Positions 1 through 10,765 of a stretch of 64,000 bases of DNA are shown here, piece after piece (the stretch's first letter is position 1; each line of letters opens with the position of its first letter). The notes under the pieces are model-generated. The model was given only the letters and a program-made list of their open reading frames with translations. It had not been told where the DNA came from and ran no database searches. The position numbers and the translations under genes were made by a program. Source of the DNA: a virus; IMG/VR virus record IMGVR_UViG_3300020437_000005, positions 18,121 through 82,120 of that record. The stretch is one strand, 5' to 3'.

Positions 1-1
1 A

Positions 2-3000
2 ACAACTGGCGTAAGTGCTGGAACATATGGTGCAACTGGTTCACTGCCTATCTTCACTGTAGATAGCAGAGGTCGTATCACATCCGCAACAACAACTTCA
101 GTTTCTACTGAACTCTCAATCACTGGTGACAGTGGTAGCGATTCTGTTGATCTGCTGAACGATACACTCGACTTCGAAGGTGATTCAAACCTGACAACTG
201 AAGTTACCGATAACAAGGTTTCTGTTTCACTGAATCAGAACGTTGCTGTATCCGGTAACATGGATGCTGCTTCATTCAGAACAGGTAACGAAGGCGATTC
301 CATCATCGTTACAGGAACATCCATTACTGGTCCTTCTTCAATCACAATCGATCCTGCCGGTATCGGCGACAATACAGGCGAACTGTATGTCATGGGCGAT
401 CTGATTGTTAAGGGTACAACTACAACCGTTAACTCCGTTGAGTTGGCTGTTGCTGATAAGAACATCACTCTGGCAGACGGTGCTACAAGCAACGCTGTTG
501 CAAATGGTGGTGGTCTTACAATCGAGGCTGGTGCTGATGGCGCTAAGACCTTCCAATTCGAAGAGATTGGTCTGAACTTCGGTTCATCCGAGAACATGAA
601 TCTTGCTGTAAGTAAGGTTTATAAGATTGACAATACTTCAGTTCTGAGTGCTACAACACTGGGTACTGCCGTTGTTAACTCTTCCCTGGAAGTTGTTGGA
701 ACAATCAACACTGGTGTATGGCAGGGCACTGCAATCAATGATGACTACATTGACTTCATTGATAATGCAAACAAGGTCAAGATTTCTGCTCTTGACATCG
801 ATGCTGTTGCTGAAATCGGCACACCAATCGCTGATGGCGATCTGATGATCATCGACGATGGTGCTGATGGAACTAACCGCAGCATGACAGTTGATCGTAT
901 GCCTGTTTATACCTTCAGTAAGGTATCTGGAGACATTCTGATCGATTCTACTGGTGTCGCAACAATCCAGCCAAACTCTGTTGATCTTGCAACAGATACA
1001 ACTGGTAACTATGTTGCTACAATTACCGCTACAAACATTGATGTTACCAACTCCGGTACAGAAGATGCTGCTGTAACCCTGGATCTTTCCGATACAACAG
1101 TAACTGCTGGTTCATACGGTTCTACAACTGCAATTCCTACATTTACAGTTGACGAGAAAGGTCGTCTGACCGCAGCTGGTACAGTTCAAGTTGACACAAC
1201 ACTGGATGTTTCATCTGATGTTGGTTCAATTGATATTGATCAACAGACTGAAACTCTGGCAATCGAAGGTGTTGACGGAGAAATCAGCGGTACTGCAACT
1301 GGAACCAAGGTTGAGCTTGGACTGGTTGACACTGGTGTTGCTGCTGGATCTTATGGTTCTGCAACTGCAATCCCAACATTCACAGTTGATGCAAAGGGTC
1401 GCCTGAGCGAGTCTTCAACTGTTGCAATCGGAACTGCTATGACCCTTGCTGGTGATACAGGTTCTGAAGTCATTGAGTTCCTCAATGATACTATGACAAT
1501 TGCTGGTGATACTCACGTATCAACAGACGCTTCTAATGATGTGTTGACAATCAGCGTTGACGCAACAAGTGCTGCTACACCAAGTACAATGGTTGCTCGT
1601 GATGCAGACGGTAGTTTCTCTGCCCATGTAATCACTGCCAATGTATTTGATGGAGACCTCAATTCCACCGGTATTTCAACATTCTCAAATGATCTTCAGA
1701 TCGGTAAGAGACTGATTGACGCTGGCGGTAGTAGTGGTGGAGAAAAACAGACCATTGGTGTTAACACGACAACTGGTTATCTTGAGTGGCAAGATCTGAC
1801 TGACATTCTTCCACAAACAAGAACAACTCAATCACAAGTCGCAGCTGAAGGCGATACACAATTCTTCTTCGATTATAATGCAAACTTCCTTGACGTATTC
1901 GTTAATGGTGTTAAGTTAAACCTCAACGAGTATACAGCAACCGACGAGACTTCAATCACACTCGTAGAACCTCTGTTCGAAGGTGATGTTGTTGAATTCC
2001 ACTCATATGCTGTTGCTGGTGGTGGACTTGGTGTTGTTGAATTCATGGGAGACCTGAAAGATGTAACACTTGGTGCTCTTGCACAGAATGATGTTCTGGT
2101 CTACAACGGTGCAGGATTCGTTAACCAACAGTCTATAAGTCTGTCTGGTGGTATTACAGGTGCAAGCATTGATGCTGGCTCCGCTACTATTACTGGTGCA
2201 ATTTCTGCAGATTCTGCTGCAATCACTGGTAACATTTCTGTTGGAAGTCTGACCCTGAACGGTAATGCTGCTGTTTCCGGTTCAATCATTCCATCTGCAA
2301 CCAATACATACGATCTGGGTTCACCTGATAGAACTTGGAGAGATCTTTATCTTGCCGATGCTTCACTGTATATCGACGGTCAGAAGGTTCTGCATTCCGA
2401 TAACGATACAATCGTTGTTTCTGCTGATCCTAACCAGAACCTGTCTGTTCAGACAACTGGAACTGGTGATATCGAACTTTCACCTGCATCTGATGTTGGT
2501 GGATCAGGAAGCGTACAACTGAAGGGTAATCTGGTTGTTAATACTGGATTTGAGATCACATCTACTGCTGGTGCTGTTAAGTTCAATAGCAACCTTGCTG
2601 CAGATGTTATCGAGTCTAAGACTGATGATACAAACCTCACACTGCGTGGTAACGGTGCTGGCGCTGTTGCTGTTAACGATGACCTGACCGTTATCGGAGA
2701 CATCACTGCACAGAATCTGACTGCAGATATCGATGCTTCTAACATCACATCTGGTACAGTCTCTACTGCACGTTTGGGTGCTGGAACTGCTGATGGTACT
2801 ACATTCCTGAGTGGAGATGGTACTTGGAAGGAAGTTGATTCAACCGCACTGAAGGATGAAAACGGACAAATCAAGGCACAGGCATCTGCTGCTGGTCTCA
2901 CTGTTAGTGGAACTCTTGCTGCTGATACTCTTGTCGGCGATCTGGATGTTGCTAACCTCTCCGGTATTGTTGATCCTGCAAACCTGGGTACAGGAACTGC

Positions 3001-6000
3001 AGATGCAACTACATTCCTCAGAGGCGACGGTTCATATGCTGTTGTTGATTCCACCAAACTGATTGACAGTCTGGGTGCTGATAGAATCAATGCAACAACA
3101 TCTGGCGTAACTGTTACAGGCACTGCAACTGCGGATTCATTCGTAACTGCTGGTGGTCTGGAAATGACCGGTGCTAAGTTGTCTGGTCCTGCTGAGATCG
3201 TTCTCGATCCTGCTGGTGACGATGACGTTGCTGGAACACTGAGAATCAAGGGTGATCTGATCGTTGATGGTACAACCACAACAATCAACACTGCAACATT
3301 AGATGTAACCGATGCAAACATCACAGTCGCTAAGGGTGCAACTCTTGCTTCTGCTGTTGATGGTGCTGGTCTTACAATCGATGGTGCAAACGCAACATTC
3401 GTATATGACTTTGCTAACTCTGCACTGAAGTCAAGTGAGAACATCAACATTGCTGCTGGTAAGGTTTATCAGGTTAACGGCAACGAAGTTCTGACTGCAA
3501 CTACAGTTCTTGGTAAGTCAATGCCTACAGGTGATGTTGTTGGTTCATCCGACGCACAGACCCTGACAGCTAAGACAATCAGTGGTTCTACAAACGCATT
3601 GACCAATATTGCTAATGCTTCACTGGTTAACTCAACAGTTTCCTTCGGTGGTATCGAACTCGCACTGGGTGCATCTGATGCAACTCCTGCTTTCGATCTT
3701 GCTGACGCAACAAACCTGCCTACCACAGCACTGACTGGTACAATCACCAATGCACAACTTGCTGGTGCGATTGCTAACGATAAACTGGCTAATCAGTCCG
3801 TTTCCTTCGGTGGTATCTCACTGAATCTTGGCGAGACCGATGCAACTCCTGCATTCGATCTGGTTGATGCAACTGGTTACAAGACTGAGTCACTGGTTGG
3901 CACAATTGCTAACGCACAACTCGCAGGTTCTATTCCTAACGATAAACTTGCAAACAGCACAATTTCTGGACATGCACTGGGTACATCACTCAGCACATTG
4001 TCAATGTCCACTGATACACACCTCTCTGGTAGTGCAACCTATAATGGTTCTGGCGCTGCAACATTCGAGGTTAGTATTGATGCAACCGCAACCAACACTG
4101 CAAGCACAGTTGTTGCACGCGATGCAAACGGAAACTTCGCTGCTGGTACAATTACTGCAGACCTGGCTGGTAATGCACTTACCGCTGATCATGCAGACGA
4201 TGCTGATGAAGCAATCAACTCACAGAATGTAAGAATTGATGGCGCTGCTGATGCAGACGCTACACACTACCTGATGATGTCCTCTACCGCATCCGGTCAA
4301 TCCCGTGCGAAGAGTGATGGCAACCTCGTCTACAATCCATCCTCAAATACCCTGTCTACAGGTGCATTTGTTGGTAATCTGACAGGTAACGTAACAGGTA
4401 ATGCTGATACAGCAACACTTGCTGCTGATTCCTCACTGCTCGGTGGAGAGTCTAAGGCATACTACGCAACCGCTGCTGATTTGTCTGCTCTGACAACAAC
4501 AGTTGGCATCGTAACATTCTCCGGTGCATATGGAGATCTCACTGGCGTTCCTACCAGCATCTCAGAGTTTGCTAATGATGCAAACTACTTGACATCTGCT
4601 GATCTCATCAGTAGTGCAAGTGAGGCTGCAACAATTGACGTTCAGTCCGATAACATCACTGATACTGAGAGATTCCTGACATTCGTACAAAACGGAACAG
4701 GATTCCAGAACGTTGCTACAGATTCCGATCTGAAGTACAACCCTGCTCTTAACAGACTGACCGCTGACTTGTTCAGAGGTGCTGTTGAAGGTGACGTAAC
4801 TGGTGACCTGACTGGTAATGCTGATACAGCAACAACTGCAACTAACCTTGCAAATGCTGCTAACATCAACGCTGGTCTGATCAATCAGGACAGAATCCCT
4901 GCAACACTGAATAAGGATATCAGTGGAACTGCTGCTGAAGCAACTAGACTGGGTGGACAACTTCCTTCCTACTATGCTGTTGCTGCAGATCTGAATGCCG
5001 AGACCGCCGCAAGAACATCTGCTGTTTCTGATGAAGAAACTGCAAGAATTTCTGCAGATGGTGTACTGGATGGTAAGATCGATGATGAGATTGCAAACAG
5101 AACTGCTGCGATTTCCGCAGAAGTAACTGCAAGAAATAATGCAATCACAAATGCAGTCGATGCTGCTACAGCACTGTATGAAGCGGCTGACACTACACTC
5201 CAGACCAACATTGATAATGAGGCATCAACTCGTGCCAACGCTGATACTGCTCTGTCTGGTAGATTGGATACCCTTGAGGCTGATCCAACAACTGCAACTG
5301 CATTGAGTACAGAAACAATTGCTAGAACAAATGCTGACACAGCATTGTCTGCAAGACTTGATACTCTTGAAGCTGATCCAACATCTGCAACTGCTCTGAG
5401 TTCTGAGTCTGCTGCTAGAACAAATGCTGACACAGCATTGTCTGCAAGACTTGATACTCTTGAAGCTGATCCAACAACCGCAGCTGCTCTGAGTTCAGAA
5501 GCATCAACCCGTGCAAATGCTGACACTGCTCTGTCCGGTAGACTTGATACATTAGAAGCTGATCCTACAACTGGTGCTGCTCTGACTGCAGAAACTAATG
5601 CTAGAATCTCTGCTGATGCCCTCAAGTATGATAAGGCAGGTGGTAACATCTCTGGTGAGGTAACAATCGCCACAGATAAGATCGTTCTGAGTGCAAATGG
5701 TGACGCATCCTTCGCAGGAAACGTTAGCGTTGGTACCACAGCGACTGCAGACGTACATCTTGCGAACAAGAAGTATGTTGATGACAGAATTGCTTCTGTC
5801 GTTGATAATGCTCCAGAAGCTCTGAACACACTGTCAGAAATTGCAACAGCAATGTCTGATGGAAACGACGTTGCAACATCACTGGTTACTCAGATTTCTG
5901 ATGAATCGACTGCAAGAGCAAATGCTGATGCTGATGAAGCAACTGCAAGAACAAATGCTGACGATGCACTGTCCGGTAGATTGGATACCCTTGAGGCTGA

Positions 6001-9000
6001 TCCAACTACAGGCGCTGCTCTGACTGCCGAGGCAACCGCCCGTGCAGATGCAGATTCTGCTGAAGCTATAGCTCGTGCTAATGCTGACAACGCTCTGTCT
6101 GGAAGACTTGATACTCTGGAAGCAGATCCTACTACAGGTGCTGCCCTGAGTGCTGAGGCAACCACAAGACTGAACGCTGATAACGCTCTGTCTAGTAGAC
6201 TGGATACTCTTGAAGCTGATCCAACAACCGCAACTGCTCTGAGTTCAGAAGCATCAACCCGTGCAAATGCTGATACAGCACTTTCTGGCAGACTGGATGC
6301 ACTGGAAGTTGATCCTACAACTGCAACTGCGCTTTCCTCAGAAGCAACTACTCGCGCAAATGCTGATATAGCATTGTCCGGTAGACTGGATACTCTGGAG
6401 TCTGATCCAACAACCGCAACTGCACTTACCAACGCAATTGATGCTGAGGTAATCGCAAGAGATGCTGCAATCGCTACTGCGAAGAGTGAACTCCAAGCAG
6501 AAATCGATCAAGACATCGCTGCAATCCCTGCATTCGATGATTCACATCTGATGCCTAAGTCCGGTAACACAACTGTTACAGGCGAACTCACCGCTAACAA
6601 GTTTATCGGTGCTGTTGATGGTGAAGTTGGTGGCGCTGGTTCCACACCTGCACCTGTAACTGGTACAACTATTACTGCTAACACCAAGTTTGTTGGTGCC
6701 CTGGAAGGTAATGCTGATACCGCTACATTGGCTGCAACTGCAACCTATGCAATCAACGCTGGAATCGCAACAACTGCTGATCGTCTGACAACTGCTGTCA
6801 ACGTTGGTGGTGTACTGTTCGATGGTTCTGCTCCAATCAACCTCCCTGGTGTAAACATCGCTGGTAATCAGAATACCTCCGGTAATGCTGCTACAGCATC
6901 TGCCTTGGCATCTGTAATCAACGTCGGTGGTGTTGCATTTGATGGTGGTTCATCAATCGACCTGCCAGGTGTAAACCTCCCAGGTACTCAGGATACTTCA
7001 GGTAACGCTGCAACTGCAACATTCGCAACTAATGCAAGTGCTTCGACAACTGCAACCAAACTTGCTGTTCCTGTCAACATTGGTGGCGTATCATTCGATG
7101 GTTCTGCATCAATCACTCTGCCAGGTGTTAATGCAACAGGTAATCAGAATACAACAGGTAATGCTGATTCTGCTACTGTTCTCGCAACTGCAAGAACAAT
7201 CGGTGGTGTATCCTTCGACGGATCTGCATCAATCGATCTGCCTGGTGTAAACGTTGCTGGTAACCAGAATACATCTGGAAATGCTGCAACTGCAACAAAA
7301 CTGCAAAATGGACGTACACTCGGTGGAGTCTACTTTGATGGAACTTATTCAATCGATCTGCCTGGTGTAAGTATCGCTGGTACCCAAGATACATCTGGTA
7401 ACGCTGCTACAGCAACCAATGCATCCCAACTCGATGGAAACACTGGTGCATACTATCTGAACTATGCAAACTTCACTAACGTACCTGCTCTGGTCGATAG
7501 TTTGGGTCAAGGAACTCTCGTAGTTTCTGATCTTGCTAACGATGCAGGATATGCAACCACTTCATTCGTCACAACTCAGATTAACAACATCGATAATCTT
7601 GAGACTGCTGGCGGTTCAATGTCCGGATTCCTGTCACTGCACGCTGATCCAGCTCTGGATCTGCACGCTGCGACAAAGCGTTATGTTGACAACCAAGATG
7701 ACCTGCTGGTCAGCAAGTCTGGTGCCGTCATGACCGGTGATCTGGTACTGAATGGTGCTCCTAGCGTAGACAATCAGGCTGCTACTAAGAAGTACACTGA
7801 TGACAACATCGCAACAAGACTGCCTCTCGCAGGTGGTACACTGACAGGATCCCTGGTACTCGCAGGTGCTCCTAACGCTGACTTCCACGCGGCCAATAAG
7901 GGCTACGTTGATAGTGCAATTGCTGCAAGTAGTGCAGGTACAGGCAACTTCGCTGGTATCGTCACTGCAACAACATTTGCAACTGGCGATCTCGGACAGT
8001 CAATCATCGTCTCTGGAACATCCATTACTGGACCTTCCTCAATCACAATCGATCCTTCAGGAATCGGTGATAACACTGGCGATGTTTACATTCTGGGTAA
8101 CCTTGAAGTCAAGGGTACAACAACCACAATCAACTCAACTTCCGTTGAGATTGACGACGTTAACCTCACACTCGCAGGCAATGCAGCAAATGCTTCACAG
8201 GCAGATGGTGCTGGTCTGACAGTTGCTGGTGCTAACGCAACCTTCACATACGATTCTTCTGACGACAGATGGGTCGCTAACAAGGCAATGCAAGCATCCG
8301 AATTCGTTGGTAACGTAACTGGTAACGTAACTGGTGATGTAACTGGTGCTAGTGTAATCTCTGGCACAAACGTCACAAGTACAACTGCTGAACTGGGTCC
8401 TCTGAAGGTTGGTACGGGTACGACATATACTTCCGACGTTGTTGTCGAAGGTACAATGCGTGTCACAGGTCAACTGGACATCGGTACTGGAACGATCACC
8501 ATCAATCCAGAAACTGACGAGATCGATCTGAACGGTACTGTCATGACCAAGGCTGGTGATGGCGAGATCGAATTTAAGGATCGTCTGGGTAACAGAAAGA
8601 GAGTTAAGACAGTTGCTACTTCTCTTCTCACTAATGATGATGACGTAACTTCTAAGAAGTTCGTTGACGATCAAATCGCTGCTGTTAATGCTGCCAAACT
8701 GAGTAAGGATGGTGGTACACTGACTGGTGATCTGATTCTTAATGGTATGCCTACTCAGGACAACCAAGCTTCAACCAAGAAGTACGTTGATGACGTTGCA
8801 CAAGGTAAGGCGGATGTTTCATTCGTCAATACTCAACTGGCTGATAAGGCAGATACAACCTACGTCAATGCACAAGTTGCGACTAAGGTTGATGCTGAAC
8901 ATGTTGCTGCACAAATTGCTGCCATTGATAACTCCGGTCTCCTCGCGAAGACTGGTGGAACAATGACAGGAACACTGACACTTGCCAGTGATCCTCAGAC

Positions 9001-10300
9001 TAACATGGAGGCTGCAACCAAGCAGTATGTTGACAGTGCAACACCTGATATGTCCAGTCGCCTTGAGGTAACTGGTGGAACAATGTCTGGCGACATTGTT
9101 ATGAGTCAACCAGTCACAACGACTGATTATACAGCAACTCGTGAGGTTGCGGGTGGCCAGAACTTGGGATGGATCACCGTATTTAGTGGTCAAGGAACTC
9201 TTACACAAATCACCTTCCAAAAACCTGGCTCCTACGTATTTGCATCTGCTATTGAGGTTGATGGTCTCCCTGTAACAGGTGGTACTGTTACATCCGACAG
9301 TGGATGGTTAGCATCTACCAGAGAAGGCGAGAAGTTGAAAGATGGCATAACTTACACTTATGCGGTTCCAGGTGCTGCCGATGGTATAATTACATTTGTA
9401 CCTGAAGCACCAATTTCTGTCACATCAGAAGTTCGCGTCCGTGTCAATGGTTATTCCAATACAGCTCATTTAAATGATGGTAAGATTAGTACAGCAGTTG
9501 CAACAATTCAATCTGCTGGTAGTGGTGATACTACAACTATTGGTGTTGATGGTACTGCTACTTTCGGTGGAAACGTAACTGCTGCAACTCTGCCAACTGA
9601 CGCGGCTCATCTGGCTAACAAGTCATATGTTGACGCTCAGGTTGCAAGTGCTTCACCTGATCTGTCAAGTCGTCTCGCGACAACTGGCGGAACAATGACA
9701 GGCGATCTGGATATGGGATCTAACAAGATTACATATTCTAACCTCTATATGACCGAGGCAGATCTGCCAAGCGCATCTACATATCACGGTATGTTCGCGC
9801 ACGTCCACACAACCGGTGCGGCTTATTACTCACATGCTGGTCAGTGGATCAAACTGCAGAATGAAGGTGCAAGAGTCATTCTTCCTTCCGGAAGTAATGG
9901 AACTCCTGAACTGTCATTTGCTGCTGATCCAGATACAGGGTTCAGATGCCCATCAGATGGTGAAGTATCTGTAGTCTGTAATGGTGCTCAGGCTGCGAAG
10001 ATTAATAGCGCAGGTGTTGAAGCACAAAACTTCAACGCAACATCTGACATCACACTCAAGCAGGACATTTCCATCATCGACAACGCGATGGAAATGATCC
10101 AGAACCTTGAGGGTATCAACTGGAATTGGAAGAACAACGGCAAGGCAGCAATGGGCGTTTCCGCTCAGAATGTCGAGCAAGTTGCTCCACAACTGGTTGG
10201 TCAAGGTGAGTACAAGTCCGTTAACTATAACGGTCTGGTCGGTATCTTGATCGAGGCTGTCAAGTCTCTGAAGGAAGAAATCGACGAACTCAAGAAGTGA
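2..10300 (+). CDS. Giant long tail fibre protein with C-terminal peptidase S74 intramolecular chaperone; 5'-truncated by the window
   Basis: The frame of ORF 260..10300 is open back to base 2 (TTGVSAGTYGATGSLPIFTVDSRGR..., the same repeat as later AGSYGSTTAIPTFTVDEKGR). It carries fibre repeats LATARTIGGVSFDGS and GGTMTG...ATKxYVD. The C-terminus SDITLKQDI...GVSAQNVEQVAPQLV...SVNYNGLVGILIEAVKSL matches the S74 chaperone pattern. Confidence 0.88.
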   Translation, partial: TTGVSAGTYGATGSLPIFTVDSRGRITSATTTSVSTELSITGDSGSDSVDLLNDTLDFEGDSNLTTEVTDNKVSVSLNQNVAVSGNMDAASFRTGNEGDSIIVTGTSITGPSSITIDPAGIGDNTGELYVMGDLIVKGTTTTVNSVELAVADKNITLADGATSNAVANGGGLTIEAGADGAKTFQFEEIGLNFGSSENMNLAVSKVYKIDNTSVLSATTLGTAVVNSSLEVVGTINTGVWQGTAINDDYIDFIDNANKVKISALDIDAVAEIGTPIADGDLMIIDDGADGTNRSMTVDRMPVYTFSKVSGDILIDSTGVATIQPNSVDLATDTTGNYVATITATNIDVTNSGTEDAAVTLDLSDTTVTAGSYGSTTAIPTFTVDEKGRLTAAGTVQVDTTLDVSSDVGSIDIDQQTETLAIEGVDGEISGTATGTKVELGLVDTGVAAGSYGSATAIPTFTVDAKGRLSESSTVAIGTAMTLAGDTGSEVIEFLNDTMTIAGDTHVSTDASNDVLTISVDATSAATPSTMVARDADGSFSAHVITANVFDGDLNSTGISTFSNDLQIGKRLIDAGGSSGGEKQTIGVNTTTGYLEWQDLTDILPQTRTTQSQVAAEGDTQFFFDYNANFLDVFVNGVKLNLNEYTATDETSITLVEPLFEGDVVEFHSYAVAGGGLGVVEFMGDLKDVTLGALAQNDVLVYNGAGFVNQQSISLSGGITGASIDAGSATITGAISADSAAITGNISVGSLTLNGNAAVSGSIIPSATNTYDLGSPDRTWRDLYLADASLYIDGQKVLHSDNDTIVVSADPNQNLSVQTTGTGDIELSPASDVGGSGSVQLKGNLVVNTGFEITSTAGAVKFNSNLAADVIESKTDDTNLTLRGNGAGAVAVNDDLTVIGDITAQNLTADIDASNITSGTVSTARLGAGTADGTTFLSGDGTWKEVDSTALKDENGQIKAQASAAGLTVSGTLAADTLVGDLDVANLSGIVDPANLGTGTADATTFLRGDGSYAVVDSTKLIDSLGADRINATTSGVTVTGTATADSFVTAGGLEMTGAKLSGPAEIVLDPAGDDDVAGTLRIKGDLIVDGTTTTINTATLDVTDANITVAKGATLASAVDGAGLTIDGANATFVYDFANSALKSSENINIAAGKVYQVNGNEVLTATTVLGKSMPTGDVVGSSDAQTLTAKTISGSTNALTNIANASLVNSTVSFGGIELALGASDATPAFDLADATNLPTTALTGTITNAQLAGAIANDKLANQSVSFGGISLNLGETDATPAFDLVDATGYKTESLVGTIANAQLAGSIPNDKLANSTISGHALGTSLSTLSMSTDTHLSGSATYNGSGAATFEVSIDATATNTASTVVARDANGNFAAGTITADLAGNALTADHADDADEAINSQNVRIDGAADADATHYLMMSSTASGQSRAKSDGNLVYNPSSNTLSTGAFVGNLTGNVTGNADTATLAADSSLLGGESKAYYATAADLSALTTTVGIVTFSGAYGDLTGVPTSISEFANDANYLTSADLISSASEAATIDVQSDNITDTERFLTFVQNGTGFQNVATDSDLKYNPALNRLTADLFRGAVEGDVTGDLTGNADTATTATNLANAANINAGLINQDRIPATLNKDISGTAAEATRLGGQLPSYYAVAADLNAETAARTSAVSDEETARISADGVLDGKIDDEIANRTAAISAEVTARNNAITNAVDAATALYEAADTTLQTNIDNEASTRANADTALSGRLDTLEADPTTATALSTETIARTNADTALSARLDTLEADPTSATALSSESAARTNADTALSARLDTLEADPTTAAALSSEASTRANADTALSGRLDTLEADPTTGAALTAETNARISADALKYDKAGGNISGEVTIATDKIVLSANGDASFAGNVSVGTTATADVHLANKKYVDDRIASVVDNAPEALNTLSEIATAMSDGNDVATSLVTQISDESTARANADADEATARTNADDALSGRLDTLEADPTTGAALTAEATARADADSAEAIARANADNALSGRLDTLEADPTTGAALSAEATTRLNADNALSSRLDTLEADPTTATALSSEASTRANADTALSGRLDALEVDPTTATALSSEATTRANADIALSGRLDTLESDPTTATALTNAIDAEVIARDAAIATAKSELQAEIDQDIAAIPAFDDSHLMPKSGNTTVTGELTANKFIGAVDGEVGGAGSTPAPVTGTTITANTKFVGALEGNADTATLAATATYAINAGIATTADRLTTAVNVGGVLFDGSAPINLPGVNIAGNQNTSGNAATASALASVINVGGVAFDGGSSIDLPGVNLPGTQDTSGNAATATFATNASASTTATKLAVPVNIGGVSFDGSASITLPGVNATGNQNTTGNADSATVLATARTIGGVSFDGSASIDLPGVNVAGNQNTSGNAATATKLQNGRTLGGVYFDGTYSIDLPGVSIAGTQDTSGNAATATNASQLDGNTGAYYLNYANFTNVPALVDSLGQGTLVVSDLANDAGYATTSFVTTQINNIDNLETAGGSMSGFLSLHADPALDLHAATKRYVDNQDDLLVSKSGAVMTGDLVLNGAPSVDNQAATKKYTDDNIATRLPLAGGTLTGSLVLAGAPNADFHAANKGYVDSAIAASSAGTGNFAGIVTATTFATGDLGQSIIVSGTSITGPSSITIDPSGIGDNTGDVYILGNLEVKGTTTTINSTSVEIDDVNLTLAGNAANASQADGAGLTVAGANATFTYDSSDDRWVANKAMQASEFVGNVTGNVTGDVTGASVISGTNVTSTTAELGPLKVGTGTTYTSDVVVEGTMRVTGQLDIGTGTITINPETDEIDLNGTVMTKAGDGEIEFKDRLGNRKRVKTVATSLLTNDDDVTSKKFVDDQIAAVNAAKLSKDGGTLTGDLILNGMPTQDNQASTKKYVDDVAQGKADVSFVNTQLADKADTTYVNAQVATKVDAEHVAAQIAAIDNSGLLAKTGGTMTGTLTLASDPQTNMEAATKQYVDSATPDMSSRLEVTGGTMSGDIVMSQPVTTTDYTATREVAGGQNLGWITVFSGQGTLTQITFQKPGSYVFASAIEVDGLPVTGGTVTSDSGWLASTREGEKLKDGITYTYAVPGAADGIITFVPEAPISVTSEVRVRVNGYSNTAHLNDGKISTAVATIQSAGSGDTTTIGVDGTATFGGNVTAATLPTDAAHLANKSYVDAQVASASPDLSSRLATTGGTMTGDLDMGSNKITYSNLYMTEADLPSASTYHGMFAHVHTTGAAYYSHAGQWIKLQNEGARVILPSGSNGTPELSFAADPDTGFRCPSDGEVSVVCNGAQAAKINSAGVEAQNFNATSDITLKQDISIIDNAMEMIQNLEGINWNWKNNGKAAMGVSAQNVEQVAPQLVGQGEYKSVNYNGLVGILIEAVKSLKEEIDELKK
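5222..5593 (+). repeat. Coding tandem repeat, 93 nt/31 aa x4 (ASTRANADTALSGRLDTLEADPTTATALSSE)
   Basis: Near-identical DNA units, e.g. gctagaacaaatgctgacacagcattgtctgcaagacttgatactcttgaagctgatccaaca at 5321 and 5414. Confidence 0.9.
5939..6436 (+). repeat. Second block of the 31-aa repeat x5, with one 11-aa insertion
   Basis: Five further ALSxRLDxLExDPTT units in the translation. Confidence 0.88.
6785..7417 (+). repeat. ~40-aa tail-fibre repeat x5 (GGVxFDGSxxIxLPGVNxxGxQxTSGNAATA)
   Basis: Seen directly in the translation; classic phage fibre repeat. Confidence 0.88.
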
Positions 10301-10327
10301 TTCTTGATCTCATCTGAATAACTTTAT

Positions 10328-10353
10328 GGGGGGACGAAAGTCCCCCTTTTTTT
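10328..10353 (+). terminator. Intrinsic terminator after the tail fibre gene
   Basis: GGGGGAC-GAAA-GTCCCCC hairpin with a GNRA loop, followed by T7. Confidence 0.9.
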
Positions 10354-10357
10354 ATGA

Positions 10358-10364
10358 ATAAATA
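10358..10364 (+). promoter_or_regulatory. T4-type (gp55) late promoter ATAAATA
   Basis: Matches the cyanomyophage late consensus NATAAATA, 21 nt before ATG 10386. Confidence 0.7.
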
Positions 10365-10385
10365 ATCAATAAAGTTCTAATCATA

Positions 10386-10739
10386 ATGTCTCAAACAAGA
10401 GTACAACTTATTGGTGATTCATTTGATAATGGTGCAAACTTTGCTGGAGTTGTTACCGCTACAGATTTTAAGAAATCTGACGGTTCTACTATCGAATCTG
10501 GCGGAGGTGGAGTTGGAATTGCTCTATCATCTCATCCACAATCTGCATTAAAGCATGTATTTAAGACACCAAAAATCCTAGAAGTTCCTCCATCAGCATT
10601 TGAAACTATTGAATCTGACGAAGAGCATGGATACATTGCGTTCACTCTTGCAAAAGATATTCATGTTGGTCCAAATGCAATTCTCACAATTGCGGATGAT
10701 ACTGTTATGAGAACAAATACACTTGGTATTTTTACATAA
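10386..10739 (+). CDS. Small virion/fibre-associated protein (paralog of 11448..11735)
   Basis: Late promoter upstream; GVVTATDFKKSDGS motif shared with 11448 and, in part, with the fibre. Confidence 0.7.
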   Translation: MSQTRVQLIGDSFDNGANFAGVVTATDFKKSDGSTIESGGGGVGIALSSHPQSALKHVFKTPKILEVPPSAFETIESDEEHGYIAFTLAKDIHVGPNAILTIADDTVMRTNTLGIFT

Positions 10740-10742
10740 ATA
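10736..10742 (+). promoter_or_regulatory. Late promoter ATAAATA overlapping a stop codon
   Basis: Consensus match; followed by AAGGAG RBS and ATG 10766. Confidence 0.65.
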
Positions 10743-10765
10743 GAATATAAGGAGTTTTCATACTA

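Noticed and set aside
300-8130. DGR template/variable repeat pair (duplicated segment at ~300 and ~8000)
   Set aside because: Differences are mostly synonymous and not adenine-specific, both copies are coding, and there is no reverse transcriptase in the window.
235-10204. Long minus-strand ORFs over the fibre gene (e.g. 2449..3450, 4972..5829)
   Set aside because: Antisense shadows of a biased-codon, repetitive gene; no RBS or promoter support.
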